Below are positions 50,942 through 63,747 of a DNA stretch of 64,000 nucleotides, one piece after another. The notes beneath the pieces are model-generated. The model saw only the letters and a list, made by a program, of their open reading frames with translations. It was not told the DNA's origin and ran no database searches. The stretch is from an uncultured Actinomycetes bacterium (GTDB lineage Bacteria; Actinomycetota; Acidimicrobiia; IMCC26256; PALSA-610). A program made the position numbers and the translations under genes. The DNA lies in assembly GCA_963839575.1 (NCBI GenBank), contig CAWIVQ010000003.1, positions 2,269,378-2,333,377 of the forward strand, given 5' to 3'. Within the stretch, counting starts at the first letter, position 1, and each line of letters opens with the position of its first letter.

Positions 50942-51653
50942 TCAGTTGAATCGCAGGGTTCCCGCAGCGACATCGGCCGCGACGTCGCCGATGGGTCGGT
51001 CCGTCGAGAAGGCGTACGCGCGGAGGAGAACGAGCGCATCAGCGACCAAGATTCCGCTCTGCACCGAGATCCGGCCGGTCGCCTGATGCACTTGCATGCG
51101 GTGGTTCGGAACCTGCTCGAGCTGCCAGGCCACCGTTCCCGGTGGTGCATCGGCCTGCCAGGCCATCAGCGTTCGGGTCGCCAGAGCGGCGACTACCTCG
51201 GCGTCGCGGACCTGCGTCTCGGTGAGCGCGCCCGCCTCGTGGTGATAGAGGTTCAGCGCGCCGATGCAGACCCAGTCGACCAGCAGCGGAAACCCGAAGG
51301 CCGCGTCGTACGCCGGCGGCCACGGCGCCGCGGCGGAACTCCGGCCAGCGGACGTCTTTCGCGTCGGAGAGATCGGCATCGAACACCGGAGCCTTGGCGC
51401 GGAATGCCGCGACGCACGGGCCCTCGCCCACGGTGTACTCGACTTCCTCGACGGCTTCGGCGACACGGTCCGACACGCCCACGCAGCCCAATGATCTGCT
51501 GCCGGCCATCAGCACCAGACCCGCGCCCGACACGCCGAGGAAATCGGTGCACGCCAGGCACAGCGCGCTGACGGGATCGCTGTCCCGTTCCGTGTGCCCG
51601 GCCACGAGCTGTGCGAAACGCTCCGATTCGTGCGGGCCGACAGCCACGTGCAC
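50942..51653 (-). CDS. GAF plus ANTAR domain regulator, second copy (one frame change near 51300; start uncertain)
   Basis: GAGLVLMAGSRSLGCVGVSD...EGPCVAAF (GAF). NHRMQVHQATGRISVQSGILVADALVLLRAYAFSTDRPI (ANTAR). Confidence 0.75.
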
Positions 51654-51849
51654 CTCGACGGTTCTCTCGCCGTCCTCCTGCGGAGGACAAACGCATGTGC
51701 GGCCCCGTTCAGACCGACGCGCATCGCGCGACTTGGAAGGAACCGTATCAGCGCGGCCGTCAGCCGACACGCGGATGACCACGCATCTCGTTGCGGGTTC
51801 CACGCGAGCGGGCGACTTCGCCGCGATGACGGTCGGTGTCCGAACGCCG

Positions 51850-52711
51850 CTACAGGTCGCGCGATTCGCGCGCCGAGGTCGCCACCGAGGCGCTGCGTGA
51901 ACTCGACGGGGTCGCCGCCGGGCACGAAGATCACCGTGTCGATTCCCAGGCCGGCGAGGTCGCGCATCTCGTCGAGGAAGGAATCGGACGCGGGGTTGTT
52001 CCTCGACAGAGCTGTCTTCGTGATCGTGGTGTAGTCGCGGCCCTCGTTGTCGCAGTGGTGGCGCAACACATCGAGCTTGTGTGCGAGCTCGACGGGGTCG
52101 GCCGCGAAGAGGTTGCACGCGTCGGCGTACTGCGCGACCAGGCGCAGGGTCTTGCGCTCGCCGCCGCCACCGATGAGAACGGGCGGGCGCGGTGTGCTGA
52201 TCGGACGGGGTTCGCAGATGGTCTCGGCGAGCTGGAAGTGCTTTCCGGCGAAGGGACCGTCCTCGTCGCTCCACATCTGGAAGCAGATCTGCAGCGCCTC
52301 CTCGAGGCGTTCGAAACGCTCGGCGGTCGGCGGGAAGGGGACACCGAGACCGTGGTGCTCGCGTTCGTACCACGCGGCGCCGATGCCCAGCTGGCCACGG
52401 CCCTCCGAGAGGACGTCGAGGGTGGCGACGGTCTTGGCGAGCAAGCCCGGATGGCGATAGGTCACGCCCGTCACGAGGAGCCCGAGCCGGATCGTGGCGG
52501 TGTGCGCGGCCATGAATCCAAGTGTCGTGTAGCCCTCGAGCATCGGTTCGGTGGCGGGCGCCATGGCTTCCATCTGGAACCAGTGGTCCATGACGCTGAG
52601 ATCGCTGATGCCTGCCTCCTCGGCGGCCGACGCGATCGCGGCCAACGTGGGCGCGATCGAAGCGGGCGCGTCGGGCCACGAGAAGCTGACGACGTGCAAA
52701 CCGATTTTCAT
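51850..52711 (-). CDS. LLM-class F420-dependent (luciferase-like) oxidoreductase (frame change near the 3' end)
   Basis: MKIGLHVVSFSW...VMDHWFQM...EGYTTLGFMAAHT...LGIGAAWYEREH. The open frame runs on to 51509, but a TAG at 51850-51852 is reached after one indel. Confidence 0.75.
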
Positions 52712-53115
52712 GTAGTGCTCCTGCGGTAGCGGTCGATCTTGAAGTTGATGGCGCCCAGACAGTCGTTGAGGTGCTCGAGATCGTGCAGCACATGGCGGCG
52801 ATGCTCGTCGAGCAACTCGAGCCGCGCTCGTGCGGTGCTCGGGCCGCCGCGCACGAGGTCGACGTATTCCTGCATCCGGGTGATCGGCATACCCGTCGAC
52901 CGCAGCTTGCGGAGGAAGTCGACCCGGAGCAGGTCGTTCTCGCGGTAGAGCCTGCGCCCGGAGTCGTCGCGATCGACGGGATCGATGAGCCCGATGCGTT
53001 CGTAGTACCGCAGCGTGTGCGCGGAGATGCCCGTCCGCTCGGCGGTGGCCGCGATGGACAAGCCGGGGTGGTGGTCACGGCGCGACCGTATGACTTCGAG
53101 TGCGCTCGAAGTCAA
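52708..53115 (-). CDS. MerR family transcriptional regulator
   Basis: Intact 135-aa ORF. LSIAATAERTGISAHTLRYYERIGLI. Its stop overlaps the LLM start. Confidence 0.9.
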   Translation of the reverse strand: MTSSALEVIRSRRDHHPGLSIAATAERTGISAHTLRYYERIGLIDPVDRDDSGRRLYRENDLLRVDFLRKLRSTGMPITRMQEYVDLVRGGPSTARARLELLDEHRRHVLHDLEHLNDCLGAINFKIDRYRRSTT

Positions 53116-53178
53116 CCCGGTGCCCGCGCTCGTGGGATCGCCGGCATCCGCGCTCAGCGGAGAAGCGTCAGAGAAGCG

Positions 53179-53832
53179 TCAGGGGAGGAGGAGGCGGCAC
53201 CAGCTGTCGCAGAGCCAGCGTTCGAACCGGCGCGGCGACCAACCGCGTTCGACGGTGAGCAACACGTAGAGCTCGGAGCTGTTCGTCGCCCACAGCACGT
53301 CGGCCGCGTCGGCGATCGACAGGTCGGCGCGCAGCCCACCCGCAGCACGGAGATTGCGCGCAAGCTTGCGCATGTTGGCGGCGCGGCGATCGCTGATCTC
53401 CTGCCACACGCGCTGCGCTTCCGGCTCGGTCGACGACGCGTCGCGCAGTGCGAGGAAGAGCGGCGCCATGCGTTCGTGGGTCTCGCGAATGGCGCGGGCG
53501 TAGATGGCGAGCTTGCGGGCCGGGTCGGGTTCGATGCGCAGCGCTTTCACATGCCCGCGCTCCTCGGCCGCGACGGCGCGGTCGGTTCCGGAAATGGCCT
53601 GCTCGATGAGTTCGCGCAACAGCACCGGTTTGCGTCCGACCAACGCGTAGACGGTGTCGACGTTCACCCCGGCCCGACCGGCCACCGCGGCGATCGTGGT
53701 GGCTCGGTAACCGCGCTCGAGCACGAGCTCGCGCGCGGTGTCGACGATCCGCTGCCTCGTCCGGGTCGATTGTGCCTTCCGGCGAGCAGTGTCGTAGGTG
53801 CGCCGCTTGACCTCCCGGGGCATACGCTCCAT
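53179..53832 (-). CDS. TetR family transcriptional regulator
   Basis: RQRIVDTARELVLERGYRATTIAAVAGRAGVNVDTVYALVGRK. Start at ATG 53832 or 53823. Confidence 0.85.
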   Translation of the reverse strand: MERMPREVKRRTYDTARRKAQSTRTRQRIVDTARELVLERGYRATTIAAVAGRAGVNVDTVYALVGRKPVLLRELIEQAISGTDRAVAAEERGHVKALRIEPDPARKLAIYARAIRETHERMAPLFLALRDASSTEPEAQRVWQEISDRRAANMRKLARNLRAAGGLRADLSIADAADVLWATNSSELYVLLTVERGWSPRRFERWLCDSWCRLLLP

Positions 53833-53834
53833 TA

Positions 53835-53859
53835 TTGATCCGAAAGTCCTTCGGATCAA
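53835..53859. promoter_or_regulatory. candidate TetR operator: perfect 10-bp inverted repeat TTGATCCGAA-N5-TTCGGATCAA
   Basis: Lies in the 45-nt divergent region between the TetR gene (53832) and the gene starting at 53878. Confidence 0.6.
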
Positions 53860-53877
53860 GTATGGGGAGAGATCGCG

Positions 53878-54230
53878 ATGACCTACGCGTTCACGCAAGA
53901 TGTACCGATCGACGCCGCGTTCTACGCGCGTATCCGCGACGGGCTCGGCGACGAGCCGCCGAAGGGACTGATCGCCCACCTCGCGATCGAGCGACCCGAA
54001 GGTGGGCTGCGCTACGTCGACGTGTGGGAGTCCGAGGGCGATTGGGACCGGTTCGCCGAGGATCGCCTACATCCGGTGGTGCACGCGCTGCTCGGCGAGA
54101 TCTTCGGTGACGATCTTCCGGCCGAGCCCGAGCGCACGGCCATCTCGGTCGTCCACGTGTGGGGCCCCAGCGGCGCGACGGCGCCGAGTGCGTGCGCTGC
54201 GAGTGCGCGTCGTCTCCTCGGCGCGGTGAA
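53878..54230 (+). CDS. small ABM/dimeric alpha-beta-barrel-like hypothetical protein (3' end uncertain)
   Basis: GGGGAGAG SD before ATG. MTYAFTQDVPIDAAFYARIRDGLGDEPPKGLIAHLAIERPEGGLRYVDVWESEGDWDRFAEDRLHPVVHALL. The open frame then runs through non-protein-like sequence into the next gene. Confidence 0.5.
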
Positions 54231-54396
54231 CGCCCGCAGCTGCTCAGGGGCCGATGCTCGTGCGGTCGCTCGCCGCGAGCATCTTGGGCGTCCGCGCCGC
54301 CGCACTCTGTCCCTCTCACCGCTGTCACCCCGTCAGCTGCACCGCGGCACGCGAGCGCGCTCCCCGATGCGCCGCGGTCCTGCACCTTCCCCGCGG

Positions 54397-55380
54397 ATGG
54401 ACGAAGATGAGTGGATGGGTCGTGCTCCGGCGCTGGTGCTCGCGAGTGCGGTGCTGGCCGGGTGCGCTTCGGGCGCCTCGCCGAGTACCTCGCCGTCGAC
54501 CATCGCACGCCCGCCGACCACGTCGAGTGCGGCGCCCTCGACGACGACGGCCGCGACGGCGCGCGGCCGCGCCGGCTGCGTCCACCGACCCATCGCGCAC
54601 GATCACGACTCCTACTACGGGCTGGCCGCTCCCGGCGGCGTGAGCATCGACTTCCTCGCGACGCACGCGCGGACTCCCGCGACCGACGGCCACGGGAACA
54701 CGATGCAGAGTGTGGGGCTGTCCGTCGAGCGGACGGGCGCGCAGGGCACGCTGCTGCTGACCTCCGCCGACCCCGGATACGAGGTCGTCTTCCGCGGTTT
54801 CGGCGACTTCGACGGCGACGGCCGTACCGATCTCCTGGTCGACGTCTACGGGGCCGGGAACGATGTCACCTACATCGTCTCGGGCACCGTTGCGTCGGGC
54901 ACGCGGGATCCGGCAACTGTCGGCGTGCCGGTGCCGCGACCTCATCTCGCGGGCGGAACGTTCGCGGGATTCCCGGCGGCGGTAGGCGACCAAAATGGCG
55001 ATGGCGCCGACGACGTGAGTTTCGGCCCGGAGGTCTACTCCGGCCGCGACCTGCTCGCCCGAAGTCGCATCGGTACGACCCTCCCTGCGCCATTGCAGAC
55101 CTTGACCTCGATGTACGCCGGCCTGGTGCAGGTCGACCCGAAGGCTCCGCCGTCGTTCGTCGTGCCGGAGGCAACCGGTCCGAGTCTCCGGGTACTCGAT
55201 CGCCGTTCCGATCGACTCCTGCTCGACGGATCCGCGAACGACCTGTCGATCGCGATCACGCTCGGAGCCGGCGCCTCGGGTTGGCTCGTCGGCGGGCACC
55301 ACATCGTGGAATACGGCTATTCCACCCGAAGCGGCAGCACTGCGTGGCGATGGGATCTCGACGCCGCGTGCGGAACGTGA
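54397..55380 (+). CDS. FG-GAP/VCBS-repeat lipoprotein
   Basis: MGRAPALVLASAVLAGCASG lipobox (ATG 54415, alternative 54397). FGDFDGDGRTDLLVDV and VGDQNGDGADDVSFG. Confidence 0.7.
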   Translation: MDEDEWMGRAPALVLASAVLAGCASGASPSTSPSTIARPPTTSSAAPSTTTAATARGRAGCVHRPIAHDHDSYYGLAAPGGVSIDFLATHARTPATDGHGNTMQSVGLSVERTGAQGTLLLTSADPGYEVVFRGFGDFDGDGRTDLLVDVYGAGNDVTYIVSGTVASGTRDPATVGVPVPRPHLAGGTFAGFPAAVGDQNGDGADDVSFGPEVYSGRDLLARSRIGTTLPAPLQTLTSMYAGLVQVDPKAPPSFVVPEATGPSLRVLDRRSDRLLLDGSANDLSIAITLGAGASGWLVGGHHIVEYGYSTRSGSTAWRWDLDAACGT

Positions 55381-55384
55381 GGCG

Positions 55385-56415
55385 CTACTGCGCCCGTTCG
55401 TAGTACAGGGGGAGGCCGGTCTCCACATCGCGGAACGCCCTGCCGGCGCGGCGCGGCGAACGGCACGCCGGATCGTGCCGACAACAACAGGTCGTCGCTC
55501 TCGTGGGCCCAGAGCGCGTCGTCGCCGGCGCGGAAGAAGTCGTGACCGCGCGCGTACGCGAACACCTGACCGTCGTCGAACCGGCAGAGATGACGTCGAC
55601 CGGTTTGCGCGACCGGAGGTTTCGGGATCGAGTCGCCGGCGGTCTCGGTGACCGTCGTTGCGCCGCGCGACGTGCTCGCGAGTGGGTCGCGATCTCGAAG
55701 GATCACCGCGATGGCTGAGCTGCGGATCTCCCGGGTGGCGATGTCGAGGTCGTCGATGACGTCGTGGAGTCGGTCTGCCACATCAGCGTCGACGCCGGGA
55801 TGGTTCGTGATGCCCGCAAGCGTCAGTGTCGATGCGAAGACGCGATTCGTCACTCGGTCGAGGAGGGAGAGCATCTGCGGACCCGGCGCCGGGTTCCCGT
55901 CGCTACGGCGAGGTCCCAGCGCCAACGCGCTCAGGTCGGCGAGCGCGCTCGATGAAGAGTCGTTCGGGCTCCGAGAATTCCCGCGGCGCGAGGAAGCTGA
56001 CTCCGAGCACTCCGAGGACCGACCCTTCGCAAACGAGGGGAATCGCGGCCCAGGCCTGCGAAGGCGTCGCCGAGCTCGCGACGACGGCAGGAAATCGCGC
56101 GGCGGCGTCGGCGCGCGAGGGAACCCAGACGGCCTCCTTGTCCCGTGCCGCCACGGTCAGGGGCAGATCGAGGTCGATGGTCAGGGGAGCGAAGGCGGCG
56201 ATGGACGCTGTCGGGTAGCCGACTGTCACCGCGGGAACGAGCACGTCATCCGAGTCGAGGAACGCCACCACGCCACCCTCGGCATGAAGCCCGGCCATGC
56301 CCTGACGGACGACGATGTCGACGATCTCCGACGGTTCGAGCGCGGTGGTCAGCGCACGAGCGACCAACGCAATCCGCGTGAACTGATCGAGGTCGGCGGC
56401 GACCTGCTCGGCCAT
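55385..56415 (-). CDS. kinase-less sensor: GAF domain, degenerate HisKA_3-like helical region, C-terminal uncharacterised ~85-aa domain (2 frame changes)
   Basis: [22 protein letters not shown]...[17 protein letters not shown] (GAF). [18 protein letters not shown]...[21 protein letters not shown] (HisKA_3-like, no phospho-acceptor His). [29 protein letters not shown]...PLYYERAQ. Confidence 0.65.
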
Positions 56416-56477
56416 GATCCCGTACTCCCTCCGGCGGCTTTCGACCCCGAATCTACGGGCGCACCCCTCGGGTGCCG

Positions 56478-56894
56478 TCAAGCACCCTCTTCTCGTTCGG
56501 GGGCGGGCCGCACCGCGTCGTAGCGGCGCTTCACGAGTTGGCGCGGATGACCCACGAGGCGGGCGACCTCGGAGATCGTCATCGCCTCCTCGTCGACGAG
56601 GATGTGGAAGAACTCGCCCCGCGAGCGCATGAGCACCGAGTGCATCGCGTTCATCGCGTCGATGACGGCATCCCGGGACCGCGGAGCCGCGCTCACCGCG
56701 AAGAGGTCGGCCATCCGCATCTTGGTGTTGATTGCGTCGCGCGTGTGCGCATTCGCCGCCTCGAGCCCGTCCAGTGCACGCCGCATGCGCTCGATCGTCG
56801 CGTCGAGCTCGTCCAACGACTCCACGAACCGGTCCACGACTCCTCCTCGAGCATGTCCGCTTGCAGCGTCGATCGGGCGCCGCGTACACGCCAA
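56478..56894 (-). CDS. hypothetical protein with C-terminal HTH-like segment (start uncertain)
   Basis: Helical, non-shadow-like composition. [21 protein letters not shown] resembles an HTH. Confidence 0.5.
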   Translation of the reverse strand: MACTRRPIDAASGHARGGVVDRFVESLDELDATIERMRRALDGLEAANAHTRDAINTKMRMADLFAVSAAPRSRDAVIDAMNAMHSVLMRSRGEFFHILVDEEAMTISEVARLVGHPRQLVKRRYDAVRPAPEREEGA

Positions 56895-56915
56895 GTCTCC
56901 ACGGGTCTCGTGGCG

Positions 56916-57921
56916 CTACGGAACTGCGTGCAATGCGGTGACGTAGTCGACCTCGTGCTTCGAGCCCAGCATCACCGACACGCGTTCGTGCAGGGTCGAC
57001 GGTTGGATATCGAGAATGCGCTGCGTTCCATTGGTCGCGCGGGCCGCCGGCCTGTTCGACGATGAAGCTCATCGGGTTCGCTTCGTACATCAGGCGCAGC
57101 TTGCCGGGCCGCTCGGGATGGCGGTCGTCCCATGGATACAAGAAGATCCCGCCGCGCTGGATGATGCGATGGACGTCGGCGACCATGGACGCGACCCAGC
57201 GCATGTTGTAGTCCTTGCCGCGGGGCCCTTCGCTGCCGCTGAGGCATTCGTCGATGTAACGGGCGATCGGTGGTGCCCAGCGCCGACGGTTCGACATGTT
57301 GATCGCGAACTCCGCGGTGTCGGCCGGAACCTGCAGGTTCTCTTGGGTCAGCAAGAAGCTCCCGGTGTCGCGATCGAGCGTGAACACCTGCACGCCGTGT
57401 CCGACCGTGATGACGAGCAGCGTCTGCGGTCCGTACAGCGCGTAGCCGGCGCACACCTGGCGAGTTCCGGGTTGCAGGAACGCGCCGTCCGCGATCGGCC
57501 CGTCGCCCGACGAGGGGAGTACGGAGAAGATCGTTCCGACCGATACGTCGACGTCGATGTTGCTCGAGCCGTCGAGGGGATCGAAGAGCAGCAGGAAGTG
57601 GCCGCGCGGGTAGGTCACCGGGATGCCGTGCGCGTGATCCATCTCCTCGGAGGCCATCGCCGCGAGGTAGCCGCCCCATTCGTTCGCTTCCACGAGGATC
57701 TCGTTGGCGAGCACGTCGAGCTTGGCCTGCGTCTCGCCCTGCACGTTGGTCGTGCCGATCGATCCGAGCACGTCGCCGAGCGCACCGCGACCGACGGCAT
57801 ACGAGATCGTCTTGCAGGCGCGCGCGACGGTCTCGAGCAGAAGCCGCAACTCGGGATCCAACCCGTAGTCGCGCTCGCAACGGATCAGATAGTGGGTCAG
57901 CGAGATTCGACCGCGCTTCAC
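56916..57921 (-). CDS. fbp: fructose-1,6-bisphosphatase class I (one frame change near 57060)
   Basis: [34 protein letters not shown] and [19 protein letters not shown]. The C-terminus [16 protein letters not shown] is in a second frame. Confidence 0.85.
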
Positions 57922-58269
57922 AGCGGCGACCGCGACGTCGATGCGCCGAGGTGGCGCGACCTCGGACCTACGAGGTCGATCGCGCGCTCGGCATGCACGA
58001 CGACCGCCGGGAACGGTCCGCGCGGTGCGTGTGCGAGGGGTTCGTCCTTGTGTGTTCGCCGTCGGTGTGTCGCGCGCGCACTTCGTTCCTCCGAGTCGCC
58101 GGTCCTGCGGCTTCGAGCAGACCACGCCCGGTGGCGCTCGTTGGAGAGGAATTGCGACCGCCCGCGAGGGACGAAGGTCACCGTCGGGCCGGTCCCGACC
58201 GCACGACCGCACCTGGACCCGTGACCAACTCACGGTCGTCGGTCAAGCAGGCACATGTCGTGGTGCGGT

Positions 58270-58385
58270 GATCCTGAAGATCGGTGACGACCCGCTGTTC
58301 ACGCCGATCTCGGTGTTCGCCGTCGCCATGTTCTTGATCGCGTTCTGGCTGCTGTTCTGGCCACGCGGGTTCCTGGGAGGGTAAG
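58270..58385 (+). CDS. possible 38-aa membrane peptide
   Basis: VILKIGDDPLFTPISVFAVAMFLIAFWLLFWPRGFLGG. Its stop lies 3 nt before the next start. Confidence 0.3.
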
Positions 58386-58388
58386 GAC

Positions 58389-58613
58389 ATGGCGGTCCGC
58401 GGTCACGTTCTACGAGGCGCGGTCGGCGGCGGCCTCTTCGGTGTCGCCCTCGCGACGATGCTCACGCTCTACGGCGTCGTCCGCCTCGGCGAGTTCACGG
58501 CCGGGTGGATCGTCCTGCTCGGCGTCGTGCTCGGTGTCGTGTGGGCACTGGTCGCCCCGGCGCCGCGGCGCCGAGGGGCGCCGGCCCCGGAGACGGAGCC
58601 GAAGGCGGAGTGA
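58389..58613 (+). CDS. small two-TM membrane protein
   Basis: GGGAGGG SD. GGGLFGVALATMLTLYGVV and GWIVLLGVVLGVVWALVA. Confidence 0.55.
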   Translation: MAVRGHVLRGAVGGGLFGVALATMLTLYGVVRLGEFTAGWIVLLGVVLGVVWALVAPAPRRRGAPAPETEPKAE

Positions 58614-58785
58614 CCTCGCACTCGTGGGGTCCGCTCGTCGGAGATGACCTTCGCCTCTACCGGACCCGACGAGGTCCGACGATCCTGTCGAACAGTCGTA
58701 GTCGCACTCCCCGAACTCCCCCCGTATGGGGAGTGCACTACGGGCAACCCGGGACCACGGGTCGGCACGCCATAAGGAAGTGGCC

Positions 58786-58945
58786 ATGACACACACGTTC
58801 TTTCACGGGGCGCCGCTGTCGTCCCGACCGCTTCGTCCCCGCCGCTCGAAGTCGCATCTCGCCAGCGCGGCGCAACTCGTCACGCTGGTCGCCGCCACCG
58901 GCATCATCATCGGCTGCGCCGCGGTGGCGGTGTTCGTGGCGGTCG

Positions 58946-58974
<29 letters not shown>
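58786..58974 (+). CDS. small single-TM membrane protein
   Basis: AAGGAAG SD 7 nt before ATG. LVTLVAATGIIIGCAAVAVFVAVVSQLAL. Confidence 0.5.
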
Positions 58975-61682
<2,708 letters not shown>

Positions 61683-61862
61683 CTCCCAATACTGACGGAG
61701 CCCGGTGCCGGATGGGCAGCGGCGTCCGGCATGTCCGGGTCGGGACCTTGGCCCCTTGGCCCCGGTCGACGCCGACGGGCACCGGAGGCACGCGGCCGGC
61801 TGTCACGGCCGAACGTCTGATCCGCGCTCGCCGCACGATCGCGGAGACGCCATGATGCGACC

Positions 61863-62252
61863 GTGCCGATCATCCTTCGACGCAGTACCCGGCGGACACG
61901 GCGCCAGGTCGTCTCCGCCCGGGATCACACCGGCGCGGATTTGAGCGGAGCGAAGCTCTACGACCTCGACCTGCGAGGCAAGGTGTTGCGCGAAGCCCAC
62001 CTGCACGGCGCAGATCTCACGGGCTGCAACCTGATCGGTGCCGACCTCGAAGACGCGGATTTGCGCGCCGCGTTCCTGACTGGCGCGCAACTGAACGGGG
62101 CGAACCTCCGGGGTGCGAACCTGACGGGCGCGTACGCGATCGCGACCGACTTCGGCGGTGCTCGGATGGACGGGACGGTTCTCGATCGAGTGATCTACGA
62201 CCAGGCGACGACATGGCCGCCCGGAGTGCTGCCGCCGCGCCCGAACCGGTAA
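61863..62252 (+). CDS. pentapeptide repeat protein
   Basis: Intact ORF. ADLSGAKLYDLDLRGKVLREAHLHGADLTGCNLIGADLEDADLRAAFLTGAQLNGANLRGANLTGA. Confidence 0.85.
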   Translation: MPIILRRSTRRTRRQVVSARDHTGADLSGAKLYDLDLRGKVLREAHLHGADLTGCNLIGADLEDADLRAAFLTGAQLNGANLRGANLTGAYAIATDFGGARMDGTVLDRVIYDQATTWPPGVLPPRPNR

Positions 62253-62458
62253 GCGCCGCCGCCGTCGGTGGTCACGACGTCGACGCGATTTGCGCCCGAC
62301 TCACATCGAGGTGATCCGCGCACCTCGCGCGAAGACGACGCGTCGCACCCGCGTGCCACGTGCGGGGCGAATTGTGGGCACGATCCTCGAGCAGTGAACC
62401 GCGCGTGGCGCGAGGTGTCTAAGGTTCCGCGTCCATTGGCGAACGGGAGGACTTTCGT

Positions 62459-62770
62459 ATGTGGGCACAGCTCATCACGACGCGTCTGAAGCCGGGCAGG
62501 GAACACGACCTGCCGCGGTTGGTCGAGCAGTTGCATGCGGTCGAGCAACCGGATTCGGGTCTCTTGCGCTCGACGGCGATGCAGGACCAGAACGACCCGA
62601 GCCGGGTCTACATGATGGTCGTCTTCGAGAGCGAGGAGAAGGCTCGCGCCCGCGAGAACGATCCGCGACGCGACGCGGGACTGCAAGCCGCGAGGGCAAC
62701 GATGGCGGAGATCTTCGACGGCGCTCCGGAGTTCGTCAACCTGACCGTCGTCGACGACATGACGCGGTAG
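62459..62770 (+). CDS. ABM (antibiotic biosynthesis monooxygenase-like) dimeric alpha-beta barrel protein
   Basis: Intact 103-aa ORF with GGGAGGA SD. MWAQLITTRLKPGRE...VYMMVVFESEEKARARE. Confidence 0.65.
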   Translation: MWAQLITTRLKPGREHDLPRLVEQLHAVEQPDSGLLRSTAMQDQNDPSRVYMMVVFESEEKARARENDPRRDAGLQAARATMAEIFDGAPEFVNLTVVDDMTR

Positions 62771-62820
62771 CCGAGGCCGCGCATCGGGGCAATCGGCCCT
62801 CCCCGGCGAACGGTGGGTCG

Positions 62821-63219
62821 TCAGTAGTTGAAGACCAGTGCTCCGCCGGTCGTGTACTCGAGGACCGACGGTACGCCGGCGACCTCGGCGTTCGGAACCC
62901 ATGTCGCATCCTGCAAGTCGCGGGTCTTCACGCAGACCGGGCACGCGAAGAACCGGCCGCCCTTCGTCGCGTACTCCTCATGAAGAGCCGCGACCGAAGG
63001 CGCACCGGGAACGTCGATCTTGTCGGCGAAGGCGGGAGTCGCGACGTGGACTGCGTCCTTGGTGAGGAACATGACGGCCTGTTTGCCCGCTCGGAGCGCC
63101 TCGACGCCGACGAGGTAGGCGATCAGGACGTTCTCGGGTTCCTCGGCGCCGTGGTTCAAGCAGATGAGCACCTTGGCGTCGCTCGTCGTGCCGGAGGCAG
63201 GAATCGTGGACTCGGTCAT
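62821..63219 (-). CDS. DsrE/DsrF-like family protein
   Basis: From ATG 63219. KVLICLNHGAEEPENVLIAYLVGVEALRAGKQAVMFLTKDAV...FFACPVCVKTR. Confidence 0.65.
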   Translation of the reverse strand: MTESTIPASGTTSDAKVLICLNHGAEEPENVLIAYLVGVEALRAGKQAVMFLTKDAVHVATPAFADKIDVPGAPSVAALHEEYATKGGRFFACPVCVKTRDLQDATWVPNAEVAGVPSVLEYTTGGALVFNY

Positions 63220-63275
63220 TTCCGACCCGCTTTCTGTGTTGTGCGGTGGGTGTCGCTTCGACGGCGGTTCGAGGC

Positions 63276-63689
63276 TCAGGTATCGAGGTGTTCGCTGCAA
63301 AAGCCCGAGCACAGCAGCGACATGCTCCGGATCCGACCGGAGGGGCCGGTATCGGCGAAGACGTGCTGCTCGACGACCATGGTCTCGTCGCCGAACCGGG
63401 CCCCGCGCACTCGCACCCGCCAACGCAGCTGGAGCCGGGAACCGACTTGGCCCACCGACGCATCGGCGACCTCGAACTGCTCGATTTCCCCGAACCACTG
63501 CCGGAACATGGCGCTGATCTCGGTGGCGCCGTGCCACTCGCAAAAGCCCCGGGGGAGCAGCGCGCCGAGCGAGGCGTCGTCGTCGAGCGCGGCCGCGAGA
63601 CGCTCGAAGTCGCGGGCCGCCAGCGCTTCGAGGAGCGAACCGGCCACGGCGAACCGAGGATCCGAGGGCGATGTGTCGATGGTGTCCAT
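63276..63689 (-). CDS. SnoaL-like / NTF2-fold hypothetical protein
   Basis: ORF 63276..63725, likely start ATG 63689. LLEALAARDFERLAAALDDDASL...LQLRWRVRV. Confidence 0.5.
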   Translation of the reverse strand: MDTIDTSPSDPRFAVAGSLLEALAARDFERLAAALDDDASLGALLPRGFCEWHGATEISAMFRQWFGEIEQFEVADASVGQVGSRLQLRWRVRVRGARFGDETMVVEQHVFADTGPSGRIRSMSLLCSGFCSEHLDT

Positions 63690-63747
63690 ACCGGTGTTGT
63701 ACCGCCGGCCCGCCATCGCCCGCATCGGGCAACTGCCCGATCTTTGG

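Noticed and set aside
53878-55380. Single 500-aa ORF suggesting a fusion of an ABM-like protein with an FG-GAP lipoprotein.
   Set aside because: The middle ~70 codons (54170-54390) are not protein-like. A canonical lipoprotein signal with its own ATG (54397/54415) starts the second part. A stop is reached at about 54227 after one indel in the GGGGCCCC run at 54161-54168. I treat it as two genes joined by an assembly indel.
55903-58233. 776-aa minus-strand ORF spanning fbp, the HTH-like gene region and the GAF domain.
   Set aside because: It is a composite read-through. Only its N-terminal part (fbp) and C-terminal part (GAF) are protein-like. In between it runs out of frame through the gene at 56478..56894.
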